DNA of 64,000 nucleotides, taken from positions 93,408-157,407 of the forward strand of contig CAVSQW010000004.1 of the NCBI GenBank assembly GCA_963730185.1, given 5' to 3'. A model generated the notes under the pieces. It was not told the origin of the DNA, did not search any database, and was given only the letters and a program-made list of their open reading frames with translations. Source of the DNA: an uncultured Gemmatimonadales bacterium (GTDB lineage: Bacteria; Gemmatimonadota; Gemmatimonadetes; Gemmatimonadales; GWC2-71-9). The position numbers and the translations under genes are program-made. This document shows, one piece after another, positions 1 through 9,147 of the stretch (its first letter is position 1; the number at the start of each line of letters is the position of its first letter).

Positions 1-93
1 CGTCCCTACGATCCGACCCGCCTCACCTCGGCGCCGGAAGCGCCGCCGGGCAGCCCGATCGGAGACTTCGAGGAAGTCGTCACCGTTCCGTGA
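1..93 (+). CDS. 3' end of an upstream CDS (partial, unknown product)
   Basis: Frame 1 is open from base 1 (RPYDPTRLTSAPEAPPGSPIGDFEEVVTVP*). Its TGA overlaps the GTG of the next gene (GTGA), which is typical operon coupling. Confidence 0.5.
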   Translation, partial: RPYDPTRLTSAPEAPPGSPIGDFEEVVTVP

Positions 94-686
94 ACCGAGA
101 AGGGGGAGGAAAAGTGCGCAGTCCGACGAACCAGAGCAGTGAGCCCAGGAAGCCGGGGACCGGCCGCTGGCGGAGCGGGGTCGTCGCCCTCCTCCTCGCC
201 TCCGCGACCAGCGCCGCGGCGCAAACGCCCATGGCCAAGCCGGAAGACGTGAGCTCGATCGACGCGATCATGAAGGCCGTCTACGACGTGATTTCGGGTC
301 CGGCCGGACAGAAGCGCGACTGGGACCGCTTCCGTTCGCTGTTCGCCCCGGGTGGTCGGTTGATTCCCACCGGCGTCAATCCGCAAGGCGAGCACCGGAT
401 CGGGGCGCTCACGCCTGACGAATACATTCAGCGAAGCGGTCCGTTCCTCGAGGGCAAGGGCTTCTTCGAGCGCGAGATCGGGCGGACGATGGAGCGCTAC
501 GGGAACATCGTCCAGGCGTTCAGCGCCTACGAGTCTCGTAACAAGCTCGACGACCCCAAACCGTTCGCCCGCGGGATCAACAGCTTCCAGCTCTGGTTCG
601 ACGGGAACCGCTGGTGGGTGGTGACGATCTTCTGGCAGGGCGAGACGCCGGACACGCCCATCCCCGCCAAGTACCTCAACAAATAG
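90..686 (+). CDS. Secreted hypothetical protein, probable NTF2/SnoaL-like fold
   Basis: 198-aa ORF with a signal-peptide-like segment (VVALLLASATSAAAQ). Motifs YDVISGPAG..RDWDRFRSLF and GINSFQL..DGNRWWV resemble NTF2-like proteins. Confidence 0.7.
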   Translation: MNREGGGKVRSPTNQSSEPRKPGTGRWRSGVVALLLASATSAAAQTPMAKPEDVSSIDAIMKAVYDVISGPAGQKRDWDRFRSLFAPGGRLIPTGVNPQGEHRIGALTPDEYIQRSGPFLEGKGFFEREIGRTMERYGNIVQAFSAYESRNKLDDPKPFARGINSFQLWFDGNRWWVVTIFWQGETPDTPIPAKYLNK

Positions 687-693
687 GACGGAC

Positions 694-2862
694 GTGCTCC
701 GTTGGTCTCCTCTGGTTGCGTTGGCGGCGGTGGCCCTCCTCGGTGGAGTGGCGCCGCCGCCGGCGCCGGTGGCCGGGCTGTGCGGGCCGGACGGCCCGGC
801 CCTCCGGCCCAGCACCGATCTCTATTGCATGGAGCTCATTACCCGACCCGACCTGAACGGCATCACGGCCACGGTCGAGCTGGGACGGGCTGCGTCGCCG
901 ATCGACGTCGCGGTCACGGCCGACGGCAACCAGCGCTACGACGCCACCGTCGAGATCCACGGCCTGCCTGAGCCCGCGTCGCTTGGGCCGTATCACACGT
1001 ACGTCGCCTGGATCACCCCGCCCGCCCTGGATCCGGTCGTCAAGCTGGGCGAGGTGAAGGACGGCCGCACCCACCTGGGTGAGATCGCCTTCGACAAGTT
1101 TCTCGTCTTCGTCACGGCCGAAGCGTCGGCCGAGGTGTCGGAGCGGTCGGGGCGGATGGTGCTCCGCGGCATGTCGCCCAGCGTCCGGATGCAGCAGCAC
1201 TCGATGTTCGCGCTCTCCCGCGAGGTGGACTCGAGCATGGAGCACATGCGGCACGACGTGCCGGACGGCCGGATCGCGGCGGCCCGGTGGACCATGCCCG
1301 CGATGCGCGCCAACACGCCGATGCTCCCCATGCCCGGCGTCGAGGGCCTGGTGCCGGCCGCCGCGCCGTTCCTGCCGGGCGCCGGTCTCGAGCTCGCCCG
1401 CCTGCCCGAAGCGAAGCCGCGCCGCCTGGTCCGGCTCGCGAACGGCGACACCTTGGAGCTTCGGGCCTCGCTCGTCCGCCGCACCATCAACGGCCAGACC
1501 CTGGCGATGTACGCCTACAACGAGCAGTACCCGGGACCGCTGATCCAGGTGGACCAGGACGCCACGATCTACGTCCGGTTCCGGAACGCGATCGACCAGC
1601 CGAGCTCGGTCCACTGGCACGGGGTCCGGCTCGACAACGCGAGCGACGGCGTGCCGGGCGTAACCCAGGACCCGGTCCAACCAGGCCAGGGGTTCTTCTA
1701 CCGGGTCAAGTTCCCGGACGCCGGCATCTACTGGTACCATCCCCACGTGCGGGAGGACATCCAACAGGACTTGGGGTTGTACGGCAACATCCTGGTCAAG
1801 CCGAAGCGCCCCGACGCGTTCGGGCCGGCCAACCGGGAGGAGACCCTCATCCTCGATGATCTCCTCCTGGGCGGCGACGGGCTGGTCCCGTACGGGATCG
1901 ATCACGCGACCCACGCGCTGATGGGCCGGTTCGGGAACGTCCTGCTGGTGAACGGCGATCCGAGCTGGCACTTCGACGCGCACCCCGGTGAGGTGGTCCG
2001 CCTCTATCTCACCAACGTGTCGAACACCCGGACCTTCAACGTGGCGCTCCCCGGCGCCCGGATGAAGCTGGTCGGCGCCGACGTGGGCCGCTACGAGCGG
2101 GAGGCCTGGGTCGAGAGCGTGGCCATCGCGCCGGCCCAGCGCTACATCGTCGACGTCCGGTTCCCGGCCGCCGGCCGCTACCCGCTGATGAACCGGGTTC
2201 AGGCGATCGATCACACCATCGGGAGCTTCTTCCCGGAGTACGATACGCTGGGGATGGTGACGGCCGGCGCGGAGCCGGCGACGCCCGACTACGGCGCCGC
2301 CTTCGAGACCCTTCGCGAGAACCGCGACGTGGTGACGGAGATCGACCGGTACCGGCCCTGGTTCAGCCGCCCGCCCGACAAGCGCCTGGTGCTGACCGTC
2401 CGCCTCGGCGAGCTCCCCTTCGGCGTGGTCCAGCTGCTCCGCCGCGACCGGATGTACTCGCACCCGGTCGAGTGGAGCGGCACCATGCCGATGATGGACT
2501 GGCTGCCCACCACCGCCGAGACCCACTGGGTGCTCCGCGATCCGGACAGCGGCAAGGAGAACATGGCGATCGACTGGCACTTCAAGCTGGGCGATCGGGT
2601 GAAGATCCGGATGGCCAACGATCGCGCGACTCTCCACCCGATGCCGCACCCGATCCATCTGCACGGGCAGCGCTTCCTGGTGTTGGCCTACAACGACGTG
2701 CCCAACCCCAACCTGGTCTGGAAGGACACCGTCCTCATTCCGGTGGGCGGCACGGTCGACATCCTGGTGGAGATGAGCAACCCCGGGAAGTGGATGATGC
2801 ATTGCCACATCGCCGAACATCTGGAGTCCGGCATGATGGGAGTCTTCACGGTCGACCGCTGA
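694..2862 (+). CDS. Multicopper oxidase (laccase/CueO-like) with N-terminal extension
   Basis: All four MCO copper motifs are present: HWHG, WYHPH, HPIHLHG, HCHIAEHLESGMM. Also a signal peptide and a Met/His-rich linker. Confidence 0.93.
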   Translation: MLRWSPLVALAAVALLGGVAPPPAPVAGLCGPDGPALRPSTDLYCMELITRPDLNGITATVELGRAASPIDVAVTADGNQRYDATVEIHGLPEPASLGPYHTYVAWITPPALDPVVKLGEVKDGRTHLGEIAFDKFLVFVTAEASAEVSERSGRMVLRGMSPSVRMQQHSMFALSREVDSSMEHMRHDVPDGRIAAARWTMPAMRANTPMLPMPGVEGLVPAAAPFLPGAGLELARLPEAKPRRLVRLANGDTLELRASLVRRTINGQTLAMYAYNEQYPGPLIQVDQDATIYVRFRNAIDQPSSVHWHGVRLDNASDGVPGVTQDPVQPGQGFFYRVKFPDAGIYWYHPHVREDIQQDLGLYGNILVKPKRPDAFGPANREETLILDDLLLGGDGLVPYGIDHATHALMGRFGNVLLVNGDPSWHFDAHPGEVVRLYLTNVSNTRTFNVALPGARMKLVGADVGRYEREAWVESVAIAPAQRYIVDVRFPAAGRYPLMNRVQAIDHTIGSFFPEYDTLGMVTAGAEPATPDYGAAFETLRENRDVVTEIDRYRPWFSRPPDKRLVLTVRLGELPFGVVQLLRRDRMYSHPVEWSGTMPMMDWLPTTAETHWVLRDPDSGKENMAIDWHFKLGDRVKIRMANDRATLHPMPHPIHLHGQRFLVLAYNDVPNPNLVWKDTVLIPVGGTVDILVEMSNPGKWMMHCHIAEHLESGMMGVFTVDR

Positions 2863-2939
2863 CCCCTTCGATGGTGCAGGCTGAAACCGCACTACCGTCC
2901 CCGTCGTAGGATCGACCGATTGAGCCCGGGCTGGCCCCA

Positions 2940-5173
2940 GTGTTCGCTGCCGTACTATTCGTCGTTGCCACGCTTCAGATTCCGGACACGTCCGCCGTTC
3001 CATCCGACTCCTATGCCGACTCGGCCACGGCTCAGCTGGTCCGTCGCGCCCGCTCGGCCCGGGACCGGAACGAGCGGCTGGTCACGGCGTACACGGCCAA
3101 GGTGAGTCAACGGATCGGGGTCGGGATCCGGGCCATGGCTCGCGACCGGATGCTCTATCGCCAGGAGACGGTAGCTCGGATTTCCTGGCGCCGGGACTCG
3201 GTCAGCACGATCGAGGTGATCGGCGCCCGGGAAGGGATCCCGATCGCGATCCGCGGGGACCGGGTGCCGGAGGATCTCGACGACGAGCTCCGCGGCCTGG
3301 TGCTGAACCCCGCCGAGGACTACCTCCGGGTGATCGGGGCCCAGGACGACGACGGGTTCGTCTACCCCCTCAAGGTCGGGGGGGAGGCCGACTACCGCTT
3401 CGCGGTGGGAGACACCACCAAGATCGCGCTCCCGTCGGGCAAGGTGATCCGGCTGGCCGCGCTCCGGGTGATCCCGCGGCGGGCGGACTGGCGGTTGATG
3501 TCGGGAACCCTGTGGTTCGACCTCGATACCTACGGCCTGGTCCGGGCCGTCTTCCGTCCAGCCCGCGCCTACGAGTTCCGGCGGGACTCGGACCCCGAGG
3601 ACCGGGAAGACGTGCCCGGTTTCGTGAATCCCAAGGCGGAGGTCAAGTACGTCACCCTGGAGTACGGCTTCTACGAGAACCGCTGGTGGCTCCCCCGCTA
3701 CGTAGCCATCGACGCCTACGGGACCATGGGCTCCTGGCTCAACGTGCCGGTCAAGATCGAGCGGGTCTACGACGACTACGAGGTCGAGGGCGGAACGCCG
3801 CCCGATCCCAATAGCAACTTCCGGCCGGCCGGTACGGTCCGGAGGTCGGCGGCCGACACCATCGCGGACCCGGTGGAGGCGAAGCGGGTGGCCGACAGCG
3901 TCCAGACAGCCATCCGGGGCTGCCTCAAGGAGGCCGAGCGGGACGAGGACGTCAACTGGCGGGATGCGGAGTCCCGCCGTCGGTATCGGGAGCGGATCCG
4001 TCAGTGCACCCACCCGCGCCGGGATACGACCCTCACGTTCGTCATTCCATCCGACACCGCCGCGCTCGTGACCAGCTCCGAATTGGGCCCGCCCATCCTC
4101 GACATGGGCGACCTGATCAACGAGCAGGAGCTCCGGAGCTTTGGCGACGCGCTGGGCAAGCTCCCCGGAACCCCCTGGCAGGCCCACCTCGAGCTGCCGC
4201 ACGGGGTCGGGGCGCTGCTCAGAACGCCCGGTACAACCGGGTCGAAGCCCTATCTCTGGGAGCTCGAGGCGCGCTGGACCTGGGCAAGCTCGCCGTGGAA
4301 GGCTCGGCCCGGATCGGCCTGGCGGATTTCGTGCCCAACGCCGAGCTCCACGTGGCGAGAAGCTCTCCCACCACCCGCTGGGCCCTGGGGGGCTACCGGC
4401 GCCTGGCGGCGGCCAATCCGGATGCCCACCCGTTCGGCGCGGTAAACAGCACGATGAGTCTCCTGGCCCAGCGTGACGACGGCCAGTACTTCCGGTCGCT
4501 CGGTGCGGAGGTGACAGTCGAGAACACCGCAAGCGGTTGGTGGACCGCTCGGCTCTACTTGGAGCGGCAGCGTCCGGCGCGGGTCGAAACCAAGGCAAGC
4601 TTGCCGTATCTTTTCAACAATTCTAATACTTTTGGTCCCAATATCGCGGCCGATTCCGCTGTCGAGGCTGGGTTTGCGCTGACCCTCCGTGGGACGAAGG
4701 TGTTCTCGCATTCCTTCTCCGTCGGGGCTCAGGCCACCGTCGACGGAGCCACCGGCGACTACGACTTCGGTCGGGCTGCGCTCACCCTGCGGGCCTTCAT
4801 TACTCCGCCTGGTCCGCTCGCTGGCGCCCTCACCGCGGCGGCCGGAACCAGCACCGGCCCGGTTCCGATTCAGAGCGCCTTCTTCCTCGGCGGGCCCAGC
4901 ACGCTCCGGGGATACAACGGTGGGGTGCTCTCGGGATCGGCCTTCTGGCTCGCCCGGGCGGAGATCGGGAACTCGTTCCCGGCTGCCAGGATCACGGCCT
5001 TCAGCGACGTGGGGTGGGCCGGCGATCGGGCTGGGTTCTCCGGTGGCCGGCCGCTGATGAGCGTCGGGATGGGGGCAAGCTTTCTCGACGGGCTGGTCCG
5101 GATCGACCTTGCCCGCGGGCTCCGGGCGCCGACCGGCTGGCGGCTGGACTTCTACTTCGACGGCGTAATTTGA
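2940..5173 (+). CDS. Outer-membrane beta-barrel protein (Omp85/ShlB-like C-terminus), one frameshift near 4220
   Basis: ORFs 2940-4445 and 4004-5173 join if one base is added at ...ctgctc^agaacgcc (giving LLQNARYNRVEALSLG). The C-terminal half has amphipathic strands, LGGPSTLRGY and a terminal WRLDFYFDGVI. Confidence 0.7.
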
Positions 5174-5182
5174 TACTCTGTC

Positions 5183-5231
5183 TCCGGACCCCGAGGCGGC
5201 CGGCCCCTGCGGGGCGGCCGCCGGGTCCGGA
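5183..5231. terminator. GC-rich hairpin after the barrel gene
   Basis: tccggaccc/gggtccgga and ggcggccg/cggccgcc inverted arms just after the stop codon. No U-tract. Confidence 0.4.
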
Positions 5232-5269
5232 CGTCGCCCACCTCCCGAACGGAAAGTGAGGCACCACCC

Positions 5270-6769
5270 GTGCGACTGCTCGAATGGGGCGTGGTGCTCG
5301 CGCTGGTCTTGGCGGTACTCGGCGCGCTGGCCGGGCGCCGCTGGCCCTGGCAGGCAGGCCGAGCCTGGGCCCTGATTCTGGTCGTGCTGGTGGCGCTCCA
5401 GATCGGCATCGAGGGGGCCCGAATGCCGATGGCGCCGGCTTACGGGCTCGCCTTGATCCTGGTGCTGGGCGGGCTCGCGGGGCGGCGGCCGACCGCGAAG
5501 CGGCCCGGATGGCTGGGGGTCGGCCTGCGCTGGGCGCTCGGGATCGGACTGACGTTGCTGGCGGTGCTCCCCCCATGGCTCTTTCCGGTCTTCCAGCTGC
5601 CGGCCCCGACCGGTCCCTTTGCCGTCGGAACGCTGTCGTTCGCGCTGACCGACTCGTCGAGGACGGAGGCGTTCGGGCCGGCGCCGGGAGGGCCGCGCGC
5701 CTACGCGGTCCGGGTCTGGTACCCGGCTCCGGCGGGGACGGACGGCCCCACCGCCCCGTACGCTACCGCGGCCGAGCTCACCGGCGGGATCCTCGGCCTG
5801 ATGCCGGGCGGCCGGTTCGCCAGCGGGCAGCTTTCCTACGTCAGGACCCACAGTCACCCCGGGGCCTCGGTCGCCTCCGCGCCCGACCGGTTTCCGGTGC
5901 TGGTCTTCTCACATGGCTACACCGGCTTTTCGGCCCAGAACACGCCCCAGATGGAGGAGCTGGCTAGCCGCGGGTACGTGGTCTTCAGCCTGAGCCACAC
6001 CTTCGACGCCGGAGCGACGGTGTTCCCAGATGGTCGGGTGATTCCGCTCGATCCCGTGATCCTCGAGACGTTTGCCCATCGCGACTCGGCCCGGACCGAC
6101 TCGACGACCCGGGCCCTCGCGGCCCTCGCGGCGGCCACGACCCCGGAGGCCCGCGAGGCGGCGTTCCTCCAATTCAACCGATTCGACCCGCCACGGATCG
6201 TGGCCTCGGTGCCCGTGTGGTCGGGTGACACCCGGCACCTGCTGGACTACCTGGAGGGTCTCGCGTCCGGCCGGCCGGGGGGAGCGCTGAGCGGTCGGCT
6301 CGACCTCGAGCGGATCGGAATCTTCGGTATGTCGTTCGGCGGCTCGAACACCGGGGAAGTGTGCCGGGTCGATCCGCGCTGCAAGGCGGGCATCAACATC
6401 GACGGGGAGCAGTTCGGGTCGCTGGCCGTCGACGACAGTGTGACCGCTCCTTTCATGATCATCGCCAGCAACACCGCCGTGCCGCTGCATCGGGTCCTCT
6501 TCGACCACCTCCGCGGGCCCGCCTACCTGGTGCACTTGGTGGGAACTCAGCACGTCGGTCTCACCGACATGGGCTATGTCGGGCCTCACCTGTTCCGGTG
6601 GCTTGGGCTGATCGGCACCATGCCGGTGGACCGGACCGAGGCGCTCCTCACCCGGTACGTCGTCGCCTTCTTCGATCGCTATCTTCGCGGTATGCCGGCC
6701 CCCGAGCTGTCGCGCCCCGACGGCGCCACCGACGTCGAGTTCGAGTTCCGAGCGGCCACCACGCCATGA
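5270..6769 (+). CDS. Membrane-anchored alpha/beta hydrolase, PAF-acetylhydrolase-like
   Basis: Several N-terminal TM segments, LPAPTGPFAVG, FPVLVFSHG, nucleophile elbow GMSFGG, INIDG and a late His (GTQHVG). Confidence 0.85.
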   Translation: MRLLEWGVVLALVLAVLGALAGRRWPWQAGRAWALILVVLVALQIGIEGARMPMAPAYGLALILVLGGLAGRRPTAKRPGWLGVGLRWALGIGLTLLAVLPPWLFPVFQLPAPTGPFAVGTLSFALTDSSRTEAFGPAPGGPRAYAVRVWYPAPAGTDGPTAPYATAAELTGGILGLMPGGRFASGQLSYVRTHSHPGASVASAPDRFPVLVFSHGYTGFSAQNTPQMEELASRGYVVFSLSHTFDAGATVFPDGRVIPLDPVILETFAHRDSARTDSTTRALAALAAATTPEAREAAFLQFNRFDPPRIVASVPVWSGDTRHLLDYLEGLASGRPGGALSGRLDLERIGIFGMSFGGSNTGEVCRVDPRCKAGINIDGEQFGSLAVDDSVTAPFMIIASNTAVPLHRVLFDHLRGPAYLVHLVGTQHVGLTDMGYVGPHLFRWLGLIGTMPVDRTEALLTRYVVAFFDRYLRGMPAPELSRPDGATDVEFEFRAATTP

Positions 6770-6909
6770 TCGTCGTGCCGTCCGCCACCGGCCTATGTGG
6801 AGCCCGCCGTGGAGGCCATCATTCGGTCCCCCCGGACCGGCGAGCCCGGAGGCGACCCGATCCAAGTCCTCAGGTTGAGGCCCCCCGCCTTTCGACCGAT
6901 ACTTGAAGC

Positions 6910-7413
6910 ATGATCCGCGTCCGATTCCTTCCGATCTTGGTTCTGGCGTCGCTCTGCCTGGCGGCGCCGGCGCGGGCCCAGGTCTCGTACTCGGCCGACG
7001 CGCTGGAGGAGATCCGCTCGCTGACGGTCCGGGTGGACGTGAGCGGCGGTGGGGTGGAGGACGGCCGCCTCACGGGGCTCCTGACCGAGGTGATCCGCCA
7101 GGAGCTCCGCCGGGCGGACATCCTCTGGGAGCAGGCCGTGCCGAGGGCGGGGGATTGCTGCGTGCTCCGGCTCGACGTCCGGATGACGTCGGGGACCGGC
7201 CGGTCGCGCTTCGGCGTCGCCTACACCCTCCGGCTGGAGCTGGGCCTCGTCGACGCGCTCGGCTCGCTCCCCACCTGGACGACGATCTGGGCCGGGCGGA
7301 TGCTGGGCAACGTGGTCGAGCGCCCCGACCTGACCGAGTCCCTCCGCTTTGCCACCCGCGAGCTGGCGGGGGACTTCGTGGATCGCTATCGGGAGCGATT
7401 CCCGATTAGGTAG
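6910..7413 (+). CDS. Secreted hypothetical protein
   Basis: 167-aa ORF with a signal peptide (LVLASLCLAAPARAQ) and coding-like composition. Confidence 0.7.
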   Translation: MIRVRFLPILVLASLCLAAPARAQVSYSADALEEIRSLTVRVDVSGGGVEDGRLTGLLTEVIRQELRRADILWEQAVPRAGDCCVLRLDVRMTSGTGRSRFGVAYTLRLELGLVDALGSLPTWTTIWAGRMLGNVVERPDLTESLRFATRELAGDFVDRYRERFPIR

Positions 7414-7556
7414 GGAGTTGGGATTGGGGAGTGGTGAATAGGGAGTGAGTAGGCGGTTGGGAGTAGGGGCACCTGCTCCCGACTCACTCCCTAATCCCCC
7501 CTACTCCCGACTCCCCATTCACTCCCTAGTCACCACTCTCTACTCATTAGTCCCTA
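7411..7556. repeat. Inverted array of degenerate heptamers (TNNNGAG / CTCNNNA) between convergent genes
   Basis: Left arm: tagggag ttgggat tggggag tggtgaa tagggag tgag taggcgg ttgggag taggggc. Centre: acctg. Right arm contains ctcccga, ctcccta, ctcccca, gtcacca, ctctcta, gtcccta. Confidence 0.9.
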
Positions 7557-9050
7557 CTTCTTCATCTCCACGTACGACGCCAGCGAGTAGTACACCCTCG
7601 GCAGGTCGGGGGTCTGAGCGTTGACCATGCCTTCGAGGGTGCCGTCCACCAGCAGGACGTCGAGCTGAAGGGCGTGGAGGTGCCGGTCGACGTCCGGGGT
7701 TGGAATCCGGCCCCAGAAGTCGCCGACCAGACGCCCGTTCCGGAAGGTCGGGTGGTCCAGAACCGACGCGAGCTCGTCGCCGAGTTGGACGTGGGTGTCG
7801 CCGTCCGGTCCGATCCGGAGGGTGATCGGGATGGTGTCCTGCCAAGTGCGGACGTGGCCATGCCACTCGCCGGCCAGGGCGGGGGTCGGATGGAACGGCA
7901 GGGGAGCGGGCGGGGTCGCGCGGGCTCGACGGGCCTGGGCGGAGTCGGCATAACCCGGCAGCATGACTCCGGCCAGGGCCGCGGCCACCGGTTCGGGGCG
8001 GATGCTCGAGTTGACCAGCATCACGATCGCCAGGTCCTTCTCGGGATAGAGCCAAAGCAGGGTCGCCACCCCGGGCATGCCGCCCGAGTGGGCGACCCGC
8101 CGGTAGCCGTTATCGTCGTCGGTGACGATCCAGCCCAGCCCGTAGTCGGCCGGTGCCACCGCTCGGTGCATCAGGTCGATCGTGCGGTCGGCGAGGATGC
8201 GTCGCTGGTCGGCCAGATGGTCCTTCAGGTGGAACATCCCGAAACGCACCAGGTCGTGGGCGCTCGAGTAGACCGCCGAAGCGCCGATGTGGTCGAACGT
8301 GTACCAGGCGATCGGCTGCTGGTGGGCGTAGTAGCGCTCGGCCGCGTACCGCTCCAGACCCGGACCGACGTCGACGCTGGTATGGGTGAGCCCGAGCGGG
8401 AGGAACACCTCCTCGCGCATGAAATCGCGATAGGCCCGGCCCGACACCCGGGTGATGATGTGGTCGATGATCCCGTAGCCGAGGTTGCAGTACTGGTAGA
8501 CGGCGCCGGGCGGGAAGACCAGGATGCCGTACCGCGAGATGGTTTCGTCCATCGACGGCGGGGCATAGCCGCCGTCATCGTAGAAGAACTGGTAGTGGAG
8601 CGGTAAGCCGGCCGTGTGGCTCATGACCCGCCGGACCGTGGCCAGGCTGGCGTCGCCGGCGAGCCCGGTGATCCGACCCAATCCGAGGTAGTCGTTGGCG
8701 GGGTGGGTAATGTCCACCCGGCCGCGTTCCGCCAGCACCATCAATCCGGTGGCCGTGAACGGTTTCGAGATCGATGCCAGCGAGTACATCGTGTTCGGGG
8801 TCGCCGGCGTCAAGGTCTCGCGGTTGGCCCACCCGAAACCCTCCTCCCAGAGGATCTTGCCGTGCTGGGCGACGGCCACGGTGAGCGACGCGGCCCCGGT
8901 CGAGTCGAGAAAGCCCTGAATCCGGGCCCGGATCGGCGAGAATCGATCGGGCTGCTGGGCGGCCGCGAGGGCGGGGGCGGTCGCCGCCAGGCACCAGAGT
9001 CCGAGGAGCAGTCGGGCCGGGGCCCGCGCGTGACTGGGCCTGCGGGTCAT
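7554..9050 (-). CDS. Serine hydrolase, beta-lactamase class C / D-peptidase family, exported
   Basis: SISK (SxxK), YCN (YxN), HSG and MSHTAG motifs plus a signal peptide. Start set at ATG 9050 behind a GGAGG RBS. Confidence 0.9.
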   Translation of the reverse strand: MTRRPSHARAPARLLLGLWCLAATAPALAAAQQPDRFSPIRARIQGFLDSTGAASLTVAVAQHGKILWEEGFGWANRETLTPATPNTMYSLASISKPFTATGLMVLAERGRVDITHPANDYLGLGRITGLAGDASLATVRRVMSHTAGLPLHYQFFYDDGGYAPPSMDETISRYGILVFPPGAVYQYCNLGYGIIDHIITRVSGRAYRDFMREEVFLPLGLTHTSVDVGPGLERYAAERYYAHQQPIAWYTFDHIGASAVYSSAHDLVRFGMFHLKDHLADQRRILADRTIDLMHRAVAPADYGLGWIVTDDDNGYRRVAHSGGMPGVATLLWLYPEKDLAIVMLVNSSIRPEPVAAALAGVMLPGYADSAQARRARATPPAPLPFHPTPALAGEWHGHVRTWQDTIPITLRIGPDGDTHVQLGDELASVLDHPTFRNGRLVGDFWGRIPTPDVDRHLHALQLDVLLVDGTLEGMVNAQTPDLPRVYYSLASYVEMKK

Positions 9051-9090
9051 GGGTAACCTCCGGGGAGCCGAATGGGTCTTCACGGGGAGC

Positions 9091-9125
9091 TTGAATGATA
9101 GGCTTTGGATGCGATATTGTATACA
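9091..9125 (+). promoter_or_regulatory. sigma70-like promoter (TTGAAT-N18-TATTGT) overlapped by palindrome TGTATACA
   Basis: AT-rich divergent intergenic region. TGTATACA at 9118-9125 resembles GntR/FadR-family operators. Confidence 0.45.
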
Positions 9126-9147
9126 CACTCCAACCGGCGCGCTCCCG

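Noticed and set aside
4200..4240. Programmed frameshifting at ~4220 or ~47285
   Set aside because: No slippery heptamer. Each is repaired by one base at a C or CC, consistent with the sequencing indels seen elsewhere in the window.
4595..4650. AT-richer patch inside the barrel gene as foreign DNA
   Set aside because: Short, in frame and partly explained by Asn/Phe/Tyr codons; no boundaries or repeats.
6876..6902. sigma28-like TGAGG-N14-ACCGATAC before the 6910 ORF
   Set aside because: The -10 equals the distal flgM site, but the -35 is poor and the gene has no motility link. Too weak to call.
7411..7556. Heptamer arrays as CRISPR
   Set aside because: No constant 23-47-bp repeat with unique spacers, and no cas genes.
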